A DNA stretch of 64,000 nt from Phoronis australis (Eukaryota > Animalia > Phoronida). Made by a program: the position numbers and the translations under genes. The stretch is taken from the NCBI GenBank assembly GCA_002633005.1, contig NMRA01000523.1, forward strand, positions 240,249 to 304,248. The letters run 5' to 3'. This document shows, piece by piece, positions 27,129 to 38,017 of the stretch; the first letter of the stretch is position 1, and every line of letters begins with the position of its first letter. The notes under the pieces are model-generated. The model saw only the letters and a program-made list of their open reading frames with translations, ran no database searches and was not told the origin of the DNA.

Positions 27129-30100
27129 GTGAGTAACGTGCCGTTTTCTTATTTTATGGGAAAAGGTTCCTAACGGTACCAGTAGAGTACTGTTAGGTAT
27201 AGTTCAAAGAAATGACATCCAATCTGCCTTATAATGATTTTCGCTATAGAGACGTAAAGTTTCAAATTTTAAGGTAGAATAAAATACTGTTATCAGCGGG
27301 TGATGGATCTTTTTGTTGTAATGTGAAAACTAGAACCCAAAATGATTTTTATGGACCCACGTATTTTTAGGTGGGTTCATATTGTCGTAATGTTGCCCTG
27401 GGCGCCTGCACGTGTCTGGATTCCGCTGCTGTATCTCCTAAACCTCTTGCAATATCAGTGTGTTCCTATGAAGCTGACGACTGACGTCGATGGATTTCGG
27501 ACCGATCCAGCCACAGTTGTGCTATTTACTAGTAGCAATTGTAGAATTTACTGTTGCTTTGGTATCTTCGTTAATTGATGGATTTTTATGACATTTGGCA
27601 AATAGGTTTCAGTTAAGGAGACGATGGCACCTTTCTATTTTCGGTTAGCTTTGATTATTCTGCGCCACCTAGTGACCATATTTCAATTTTCGAATCCGTT
27701 TTGGCGTGCGCTGTTCTAGCAGCCACACCACTCGAAGGATCATTATGAAAATTGACAGGTGTGCTCTTAAGAAGAGCTCACAGCTGAAATTGATTTCCGT
27801 ACGGGTCTGGCTACTCTGACGCACCCTTGTGGTGCTTTTAGTTGTTTCATGTTTGCCTCTGTATCTGTGGAGATAATCTATGGATTTTTGTGAAATTTGG
27901 CAAATGGCTTTCTATTATGGAGAAGACGATGCTGTTCAAATTTCTTATGTGTTAGGTGTATTTTTGCACCACATGGTGGCCATTTTTATTATTCCGAGTC
28001 CGTTTTTGGAGTCAGACGACTCTTTATCTGCTAAACCGCTTAAACAAGATCATTTAAAAAACTTGACATGCGTTTCTGGTGATAAGTTTGTTCTGGACGG
28101 GTCTGACAACGGCTTAGCCCTCTGGTGGTGGTGTTCCCTTTTTCGCGTCCTCCCTACTCCTTGGAAAGGTCTTTGTGAAATTTTGAAACTGTCATTCTAT
28201 AACTATTTCTACGGTTTTTTAATGAAATTTGGCAAACAAGTTTCAGTTATGATGGCTATCGCAGCTTTCCATTTTGGGATGGATTGAATTTATTTTGCGC
28301 CACCTAGTCCGTCTGCCACTGCATTTGCCAAATCACTTCTTTAATCAGAGGACCATCATGAAACTTGGCAGATGCATACAGTATGTATTCCTCCTGACAT
28401 AGGCATGACTTACATGGATTTTTAGATGAGTCCAACTACTTTGGTCTCCTCATATTGACATTTTTTCTGCGGCTATGTCTCCTAAGCCCCCTTACAAGAT
28501 TTTTGAGAAGTTTGTCAGATATATTGCTATTAACTTAACAGCAGATAGTGGATTACCCCTTGTTCTCCTAATTGGGTTTTTAACATTCGCCTGTGTAATC
28601 CGCGACTGATTTTCATGAAATTTAGCAAAAAAATCTTACTATTTTAGACACAACGATACCTTTCCATTTTCGGTAGCCCGAGCGACGCATTCTGCGCCAT
28701 CTAAAGGTCATTTCTATGATATTAATAAATACCCTCAGAAGCACACCGTTTGCGTTGCATTTGTTCGCAGGCTCATTTCAACGCTCCGTGTTGCTCTTGT
28801 TTAATTTATGACTGTCAGCCTGATCGAGTTCGAGGCCGCAACACACAGTTTTGCGTTTGTTGTTTGGAAGGGATGGTATTTAGTTACACGCTTTGACCAG
28901 AGCAATGAAATAGCTATGTTTTTGTAATTATATCACAATAAGTTGCGAATTCTCGCCGTTGTCTTACAAACATTCGCTGAAATCAAAACCGGTGACTTCA
29001 CCAGTTAAAGATGCTTAATCCACTATCGTACAGCGACTAGGATTTATCTCAGCCAATAGAGAGTACAATATAGTATGGTTGCGATGGGAGAGTCTCTGGT
29101 TACATTTCGCGCTGGGGATGATCTCAAAAAAGATTTTATCGAGGATAATGCCTCTTAAAATCGACTTGTCGGGTCACATAGCAAGCATGGACTATAGCAT
29201 CGAACATATTAATGTTCAATTACATTCACTGTCACGAGATAGTAATCCATTAGTTTTAAAAAGTCTCGTCAGTGTACATATACGTACAGCAGGCGAACGG
29301 GCTTGCACTTGTCGGGTGATTTGTCATGTGCCATGTTATCAACGTGATACATGTATGTGTTCCTAACTTTTAGAAGATAATAACTCATGTTTCTACTATT
29401 CTGCTAATTGCTGGTTGTAATCGAATGTTCCAGAAAAGAAGAAAGTTGCGATCGTTCCACCTGCTGACAAAGAAGGCGCATTTTTACGCGATGTTGCGGA
29501 AACACTTTGGTCGTCCCGATATCGCACGCAATCTAATGGGAAGGGAACTAAAAAGGTGATGTTGTGTTTCAGCAAGTCATTTGCATCTGCTCGGTTGATC
29601 GGCTATCACGACATTTACCCTAGACTACTATGATAGCCGCGCTGGAAAGCTGTAATCATAGTACTCTAGGACCTGGAATGCCAACTTCGAGCCTAGTTTG
29701 CACCGCGCACATGATCAAGCAGGTCTACTGAGCCTTAATACGTTACCAAAAGCAAGTACCTAAGGACAATATTGCATGAAAAGATTAACAAAACTCATTG
29801 TGACATTGAGAATACTGTCGGCTGATTTGACATGTGTCATGTCAACAACGGCTAATGGCAAAAACGGAAATAGAAATTTCTAAGTAAACAATGAATACAA
29901 AAATGGAACTTTTCAAACAGTTATGAAACCATCACCAAGAATTTATCTTCAGTTTTGTTTTCATAGTAACAAACAATGCCGGTACTGTTACAAAATAGAT
30001 GTCTGTCAGATAACTTAGTGTGCTGGTGACCATCACAACCCAAAAACCGACTCTAAGACTTGAATCAGAAAACATGCTAGATGCCGGACTATTCGCGTCC

Positions 30101-33100
30101 ACGGTCACAGCCATGGACATGGAACTAATGGTTCGTTGAGTATTTTCCGAGAAATCGTTGTGTTATCTGGAATCGTAACTCGAGAGTCTCGTTTGATGAT
30201 GTCATTAGGAACAAAAACCGATTGAATGAAACTTAACCAATTAAATAATGCTCGATTTCATAACTGCAACACTCGATTAGAACTCAGTTGAGCGAGCAAC
30301 CGGAAATAAACAATGTAAACTCTCGCGGACATTCCTAATCCACAAGATGGCATGGGTCAATCGCTGGAGTTGGCATTCCAGTTACTCTCGTTCTACGTCC
30401 ATAGTCGCCTTCCAGTGACGTACGCTTCCGACAATTCTGATTGGTGGATTATGACTTAGACGATTTCGGCATAGTATATGTACAGTGTAGGTTCTTTGCA
30501 ATGGCATCGTTTCTGTATTCTAGTGTAGAATGGTATACACTTGTCCGACTAGAAAACAACCGTAAATATAACTTAAAAAATAGCAATGGTATACTCATGA
30601 ACAGCTTTCAGGTTCGAGTAAGCCTTCGCGAGTCACAGACGCTATCGCTCGAGTTCTTGTGTTCCTTCCAAAAAACATTGGCGTCATTTTCACATGATTC
30701 TTCAATCAGTTTTAATTTATTTTTCAAATACATGTACTGCCTTTTTAAAAAACCTGAATCGTTTGTCAAAGTAATATCTAGAGTTCTTATATCCATACAG
30801 TCGCTCCCTTCGTCGTATAGTATTTTTTTCTTTGAGAAATACTTTCTCTTAATTTTTGGCCACGTTTTTCCAAAGTTGCTTTGATTCATCATTCCAAAAG
30901 GGCTTGTTTGCCTTAAATCTTTTTCTCAATATTTTATTACAACTTTGAGTACATCTTAATGCAATTCCATTTCTTTGTTAATAATTTCGCAGAGGGAGTT
31001 ATAAATCTCGTCGACTTCATGTTGTCTGTGACACTCATTTACTAATATTAAAAGCAATTCTCCAATCGCATTTTTAAAAATCTCATTATCCATGAATTCA
31101 CTGCCACGGATAGAATTTAATTTAAACCGTTTTCTAAATCGCATATCAAAGGTCTGGAGTTATCCGTACCGTGATCCTCTACAGATTCGTCACTGATATT
31201 CACTCGAACGTGTAGCATAATTTTTAATAACAATACACTGTGATCAGGCGGTTTTGACTTTTCTGACAATAGTCCCTGTAAATGATGTTTGTCAACTTCC
31301 TCTGTACAAGTACATTTATGGACCTCGAATTTAAGACAAGACTGAAGCGACTCATGGGGCACAATAAAGTAATCTACAACCGTTCTTCCTCTATGACTAA
31401 TTGAGGTTAAGTTATCTTTACTTACCTCTTTCCTACCAATGACTATGCAAGTTTTAGAGCCGAACAAAAAGTCAATTAAACTTCTACCATGACTATTTAC
31501 AACTTTATCAATTACGACTCGTTTGTTTACTTGACAATCAACATCTGGAATGTAACCATTCAAGTTACCCACTCTCGAGTTAAAATCTCCACATATAACG
31601 TCATCTGCTATATCTGCATGTAAATATAACTGGCATAATAGATGGCTATAGAAACTATCCGCATCACAACCCCTTGAAGAATTCTCAGGTGGTAAATAGC
31701 AGCAAAATGCAATTATACAATAGTCTGAGCGTATATGAGTTAGTATTAAAGCTAATATACCATCACACGACTTGTCAACAATGTCAATTTTAAATGTTTT
31801 CAACAAATCATTTTTAACAAATATTCCCACCCCACCCGAACCTCATGGGGCCCGCTTGTTTATATGCTGCCTATTGTGTCCGTACCAACAATAACCGGGC
31901 AAAGTAATTGATTTATTTGCATGTAAATTAGTTTCTACCACCCCTATGATATGGGCATTGAATGAAGACACCAATTGTTCATGAAGCAATGAACTGTTGC
32001 TAGTCCATGCAACCACACACAGCGGCCTCGCAAATCCTCAAAACGCTGTCCTATTCTGCATCACGAATTGTTTTGTTCCCCAAGTCAGCCTCCTCACCTG
32101 TGGCCACTCTCACAATTCGTTCATTTGAGCGGATCTTGAATTCCTTGTTGTTCGCCAAAGTTTCAATGATTGTTTTGAAATTAATTCCAATTAACCTGTC
32201 AGTGTGAGATTTGCTTCCACGAAGAAAAACTCGTTGAAATAAAAGCGTGCCTTTTAATTTTTTCTTGTTCCGCAGCGCTAGAAGTTTTTGAGCCAGTGAC
32301 TCACCAGCAAATTTGACCAAGGGAGGTCTGGTATCCCACTGTCGAGGGTTCAGACGGGTGCAATCCAGTAAGGTCACATCTGAAGACAGGCCCATGCTAC
32401 ATAACAGTTCATCGATCACTTTGCGTAAAAGTCGGGTTCCGTTGACTATGCCTGATGTGATCATACACAAGTCAATGTTTTTCAAAGGGTCTTTCTGAAT
32501 GACTAATCTGAACCCGTGCGTGTAATGCTTCTCCAACGCGCTGACACGGTTTTCGAGACGTGCAAAATCCATATCAATATCCGCCTTGAAGGATTTTAGC
32601 TTGATATCAATAGACTTTGTAATCTCATTGCGTAGTTTATCCATTTTGGATTCAAACGTTTTTCTAAGCCCATCTTGGGCCGGCTTTAGATCTCGGATTT
32701 CTTTCAATATGAGTTCAGATATTTCACCTTGATGATCACGTTGAGCTGGAGAGGTCGGCATACTTGATATGGTTGAGAATTTAACTTTTTGCTACCTTTA
32801 TCACCTGTACGGTTCATAGTTGTCCTTAACTCGCTACTGTCCTTGCTTGGTTTACGTTTACGTACAATTTGCCACTCATAATCATCCATTGAATGGGAGC
32901 AAAGTTAAAAGGCTGCCGCCATTTTTCGAGCATGAGCATATGAACTCTTAATGGCTGCATTTGATTGACTTCGCTGGTTCCCCCGGGTCAACTGGCTAAG
33001 ACTTCTGATTGGTCTATAAGTCGGAGATCGTCATCGAGAACGAATCAGATGTCAACGAAACCGGAGAAATCGAATCAAGTGCAGTCATTATGACGATAAA

Positions 33101-36100
33101 GTGTTTCCAGAAGAGCAGAGCTCAAGATCAGACTCGAAAGGTAACAAATTGTGTGTTGGCACCATAAATTTCGCGTAGTACATAAACGATTCTGTGGCTG
33201 CGCGCCTGGAGTTCAAACTTCGATCTCATGAACTCCATTCAGGAACCACCAACTCCATACACGCGCTACAAATTCCCTAAACAGGCCCCTTACCTCCACA
33301 CAAGCACGAAACTCAAAATTCCTCATATTCCGTGACCACATTTCCCACCCAGAGTAAAATTACAGACCAGTACAAGGGCTTGTAATCTAGTGCATGGAAT
33401 TTGATCGCTGGGTATGGTGTGTTTTGGCGCATGTGCGGAGTTAAGGGGCACAGAATATGTAATGTGGCCGTGTAATGTTTGCTGATCGGGCTGGAACCAT
33501 TTTCATCCCTTATCAGTTTCGCGTTTTTCTTCCCTTTCATGAATTCATGAGCGCAAACTCAACGCCTCCCCCACAACTCCGTCTGGACTGCAAGAATGGC
33601 TTTAGGGAACGGCATATAGTTCTTTTATTGTCTTATCTGTTCTGAAAGTTGGCCTTTTTCATCCAGGACTCGCCGGCACCTTCCCATGAAGATATGTTTT
33701 CAACAAGCAGCGAACCAGAGGAACCAGGTTCATTGAAATGTGAAATGGATTACAACGCCGAAACGGAAACGTTGACGATTGAGTACATTGAAATACGCCA
33801 GCTTATGGGATTGAGGGTGCCGAAACCGTGCAATCCTTGCGTTAAAATTTATTTGGACAAGAAGAAACTAAAAACTCATAGAAGGACAGAAATTGCAGCA
33901 GAGAGCGAGTTCAGCTTTCACACTGAATGCGTTAAGAATACTTTTAGCCCAAAGTTTGAGGCAAAGTTTGAGGCTTTCATCAAGCAGAAAATGTTGAAGA
34001 AGTACTTGGCCCATTTTCTTATATTTGACTGTGATCGCTACTCACACATGGAACTCCTTGGAGAAGCAAGTGTGCCTTTGAAGAGGATACAGGTTGGGGA
34101 AAAGGTTTATATTCTCGAGGAGATTAAAGAGCCAAAGCAGGTGATCTTTAGCAGCATTCTGTTGAGCGTCTGTGTGTTAGTCAATATCCGCTTTCATTTA
34201 ATTGTAGGAACGAGGGCAAATTCCCATAGGGGAAATGTACATGTACACTTCAGAATCAATCGCAACAAATCTGATATTTTTCTAGCCTCAAAGTTCTCTT
34301 CAGACATGAACGCTATCCGCGCATATGAGAACTTCAGACACACGGCAAATCATGTGACTTTAAAATTGAAGAATGATTGGCCGTGTGACTGAAATCCGCA
34401 CATGCGCAGATAACCTTCACCTCCAAAGAGAAATTTGAGACTACGAAAATATTCGAAGTGTTCAAAATGCCTCGCGAATAAGACGTCACGAAATTTTGGA
34501 GATTTTCTGCTATTTTGCAAACAAGACAGTAGGAAGTAAAGCTTCCACCAAAGTGGTACAAAGCAATTCAAGGTCACGTTACGGGTTGTGTCCGTTGTTT
34601 TGAGGTGATTTTGTATAATTATGGCTTTACAGCTTCCCTCTACTGTACAAAATGTGACGTGACTGACTTACCTTGAACATTACCAGCTCTTATTTCAGAG
34701 GGTATTTTTTGTACAGATTGATTTTCGGCAAGAAGTCCAAGGTCCTGTTTCTGGAAGTCAATTGGCACAGTCTAAGGATGGCTAGCTCATTTCAGGCTAA
34801 AGCTGAAAGTCAAAAGACATGTCTAGATATAGAATCAAAGAAAATATTTCAGTATTCTGCTCGAATAGACGGCAAATGGTTTCTTGAAATGCAAAAGAAA
34901 AGGAAATCTACATCTGGCTATTTTAAGTCATATTTGTGACTTTTGGCTAAAATCAAAATACAATTATCGATAATAGACACTAGAAACAGGCCCCTGCCAT
35001 TCTAATCTATAATGAGCTTGAGCTTACCAAACATAGGTGTCAGAAGTTTCAAATGAGAATCATTTAAAACGTGTTTGCGAAATTATGTCCTTTCTCTTCA
35101 GGAGCCGACTGGTGAGGTTTTGGTATCCCTAAACTACTTGCCAACTTCAGAAAAGTTGTCATGCACCATATTGAAGTTACAGAATGTGAAGATGCCAGCT
35201 GAAGAAATGCATGGCGCAGGTGAATTGTGAAATTATCTTGGGTTCCGTTCACTATTATCCACAAATTCTGACTAAAACAACTCCCGTACTTTCGAGGGGC
35301 GATAGTTGGGAAAGTGGAGGGGTTACGCCGGCGATAATTGTGAACGTTTGTTTGTATTTTACATGTAATTATTTGCCATGACTCGTTTATTTGAACTCTG
35401 AACGCCGCACCTTCGTTCCAATTTTACTTGACACTTTTGGCATATTAGAACATATCAAAGCTATCTGAAAAATTTCCGTAATATCGAGCGACAATGCATG
35501 TGTGCGTGTGTGTCCGTGCACACTCGTGTGCGCGCGCGTGCGTGAAAGTGTGTGTATATTTAATTATGCGATCTTGGTCAGCGCCTCTTATCCTTTTTCG
35601 CTCATTTAAGTTGAGGACAGGTTCAGATGAGGACGCTTGAAATTTTGACGAAGATGATGGTCGTGGATGAGAACACTCGTCCTCACGAACGTTAACATAA
35701 TGTTTTTACCACTAAATAATCGCATGCATCACGTTATAGTTTTGCGACAATACTATTGAATGCAAATGCCATTATGTAAATACATATACTGAATCTATAG
35801 ATCGACACATTGACTCATATTACTATAAACACCCTTCCGTACATAAATCCGTTAAACTAATATCAGCAAATGATAATGAAGCCTTCCTTGTTGACCTTTT
35901 TAAAGAGCTTTTCAATTTGATTACTTTACAATTTATTTTTCAATTGCAGTTGTGTATTTTAAAGTCAGCATACAGTTTGAAAAGAAAACTATTGTCAAAC
36001 AAAGAACGTCTGCTAAGAGAGCCGAGGGGTGCACAAATTTCAGCGAGACTCTCAGCTATGACGTACCGATTGACTCGTTGCCGAACGTGATCATGATTCT

Positions 36101-36263
36101 CGATCTGCTGTGTACTATGGACGTGGAGCACAAGTCCGGCAAGGACGTAAGAATAGGAAAAGTTTACATGGGATCGTCATGTGAAGAAGCTGAACGAAAA
36201 CACTGGATAGAGATGACGCAATCGCCACGGAAAGCGGTGGCGTATTGGCATGAACTGAAGTGA
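26909..36263 (+). CDS. Synaptotagmin-family gene (TM + C2A + C2B), atypical, SYT15-like; 6 coding exons, about 425 aa
   Basis: Exons 26909-27128, 29434-29555, 33111-33140, 33667-34140, 35102-35219 and 35950-36263 are all GT-AG with consistent phases, totalling 1278 nt. Motifs: N-terminal TM (LAIIGGCALFLLLVFFVMVC); C2A (GSLKCEMDY...NPCVKIYL...FDCDRYSHMELLGE); C2B (GEVLVSLNYLPTSEKL...IGKVYMG...HWIEMTQSPRKAVAYWHEL) with the synaptotagmin C-terminal WHxL motif. Confidence 0.9.
27500..28800. repeat. Same dispersed tandem-unit repeat, copy 2, in synaptotagmin intron 1
   Basis: Recurring (A)TGAAATTTGGCA and GCGCCACCTAGT motifs about every 150-170 bp. Confidence 0.65.
29434..29555 (+). CDS. Synaptotagmin exon 2 (linker)
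   Basis: ttccag|AA ... AAG|gtgatg; open frame EKKKVAIVPPADKEGAFLRDVAETLWSSRYRTQSNGKGTKK; phase 1 to 0. Confidence 0.72.
30590..32940 (-). mobile_element. Decayed non-LTR retrotransposon (LINE, CR1/L2-like group): ORF1 and APE endonuclease, RT missing; in synaptotagmin intron 2, antisense
   Basis: ORF1 pieces 32889-32704 and 32761-32051 contain a coiled-coil (MDKLRNEITK...RLENRVSALE) and an RRM-like PPLVKF segment. ORF2 pieces carry endonuclease motifs GVVETNL, GSGGVGIFVK, CYLPPE, ICGDFNSR, NSHGR, TVVDY and PDHSVL, with an in-frame TGA near 31845 and frameshifts. Ends are approximate. Confidence 0.88.
32953..33086. mobile_element. Small MITE; second copy at 36567-36708
   Basis: GGCTGCATTTGATT...AATCAAGTGCAGTC inverted termini; collinear homolog at 36567-36708. 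Confidence 0.6.
33111..33140 (+). CDS. Synaptotagmin 30-nt symmetric micro-exon (KSRAQDQTRK)
   Basis: tttccag|AAG...AAG|gtaaca; phase 0-0, so it is not required to maintain the frame. Confidence 0.55.
33667..34140 (+). CDS. Synaptotagmin exon 4 (C2A domain)
   Basis: Lies within ORF 33649-34392; acceptor ttcatccag|GAC; donor CAG|gtgatc. Confidence 0.9.
34741..34993. mobile_element. MITE with GG(T/C)CTGTTTCT..AGAAACAGGCC termini; second copy at 56463-56742
   Basis: Inverted termini and a shared AAAGTCAAAA / TTTTGACTTT core in both copies. Confidence 0.55.
35102..35219 (+). CDS. Synaptotagmin exon 5 (C2B N-terminal part)
   Basis: ttctcttcag|GAG; encodes EPTGEVLVSLNYLPTSEKLSCTILKLQNV, the GELLxSLxYLPxxERL motif; donor G|gtgaat. 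Confidence 0.9.
35950..36263 (+). CDS. Synaptotagmin exon 6 (C2B C-terminal part and stop)
   Basis: ttgcag|TT; ends HWIEMTQSPRKAVAYWHELK*; AATAAA near 36553. Confidence 0.92.
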
Positions 36264-37644
36264 CAAAGTCGAAGGTCTCCTGAGAATATAGGTTCATTTG
36301 TAAGTCTCCTGAGAATGAACGCCATTTACCTGGTTTTCATTTTGCCTTTGCAAAAGTGGGTTAGGGTGACTATTTACATCACTGTTAATTAATGTTATGA
36401 TGGACGCCTGAGAACTACTTTCTGAAAAAACTGCTCTTTGTGGTCGATTTAGGTAGCGTGTGCTGATGTACTATAGACCGTGAATATTCCAGACAAAGAA
36501 CAGTATAGCTTTTGAGGTAGACTCACTGTGTGACCCAGTGCAATCTCGTTTCAATAAAGATTCATCGGCTGCATTTCACTTACTCCGCCGGTTCCGTCGA
36601 GTTAACCGACAAAGACATCTAATTTGTCTGTGAGCCTGAGGTCGTCATCTGGATCAATCATACCGGGGATTCACTCGGCAGAACAGGCGAAGTGAATCAA
36701 GTGTGGTCAGTGTAAAGTCTAGAAAAACAGTTTCAGAAAGTTCTGAAAGAACTTGTAAGATAATCGGTAAAGGTGCGTAAATGTACATGTAGACACCGTT
36801 GATTATGGACAGTCTTCAAATTTGGAGTCATACCTGTAAATCTGAAATAAATGACCAATCAGATTGAATTTAAACTTCACTGTCTAAATATCTCAAATAG
36901 ACGAAATTGTTCTGAATCAAAAATTATTTACCCCTCGATTTGGGTTGTTTAAGTAAAATAAGTCGGCACTGTAACAGGCCCCAAGACTACCACCAAACCT
37001 TTAATTTAATCTAGACATGACTCGAATATTACCAATCACTTTCTCAAAGTGCCACACGCGATTAGTTAATTGCGAGTTGAACCTCAGTAAAGTTGGCGGA
37101 TCATGGGTCATGCATGTATCTGCCGTTCGTTCATCTGCTCTTGTCGCTCACTAGAAACAAGTCTGAATCGCGCACTTGCGTCTCGTTGCCATGTGTTAAG
37201 TTAACGAAATTGAGCACTGTTAGAATTGCCTAATAATTAATGAACACAGCCCTATAAATCGTTTTTACATTGTATCCAGGTTCTCAGTCACTCCCTTGCA
37301 TACATTCATTAGAATTACATTGAAAAAGACAGTACCGTCTTGCTCTTGTTTAAAGCCTAATTCTCAACCACCATTTTGGAAAATCCAAATTGTTTTGGAA
37401 AGGAGTTACCGTATGTATACATGTATGTATGCTACAGTGGCTTAGCATTTCCCTAGTTTTACTCAGTTAGTTTGTGGGTCGTGTTGTTTCCTTCAATGCT
37501 GCAAATATTTGCCTACTAACAGCGCTGCTGTCGTTTTTCAAGTACTTTGTTAGTCAATTATCGGCTTGTAAACACAGGCGTCCTTAGCTTCTGGTGGTCC
37601 CCAATGCACTACATATAAATATGCTAAAAGATCTGAAACTCGGT

Positions 37645-38017
37645 ATAGGAATTCCGTCGGTGCTTCACGTCAGCCGTCCATATCAAACACAAACCTCAAT
37701 AAATTTACACAAAACAGATTCAGCAAACCATAAGCAATTGTTATTTCTTCTGATAGCATTTACAGCGTCCTGCTCCAGAGATTTCACAACAAATTTGTGA
37801 TAAAAACGCAAGAAATCTTCCCGACGCATTGGCTTTTTGGGAAGATTTTTGAGTTTTGATCCCAAATTTGCTGCGAACTCGCTGGAGCAGGACGCTGTGA
37901 ATGATATTGGGTGAAAGAACATTTACTCGTGGTTTGTTGAATTCTTGTTTTGTGTAAATTCGTTGATATTTGTGTTTGATATAGACGGCTGAAGTGAAGC
38001 ACCCGTGCAATTCCTAT
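37645..38017. mobile_element. About 370-bp palindromic MITE
   Basis: ATAGGAATT..GTGCTTCAC..CAGCCGTC..TATCAAACACAAA.. is mirrored by ..TTTGTGTTTGATATAGACGGCTG..GTGAAGCAC..AATTCCTAT; the arms run almost to the centre. Confidence 0.8.

Noticed and set aside
21850-28800. Regularly spaced short motifs considered as a CRISPR-like array
   Set aside because: Eukaryotic context, degenerate repeats, mutually similar spacers and no cas genes; it is a tandem-unit repeat.
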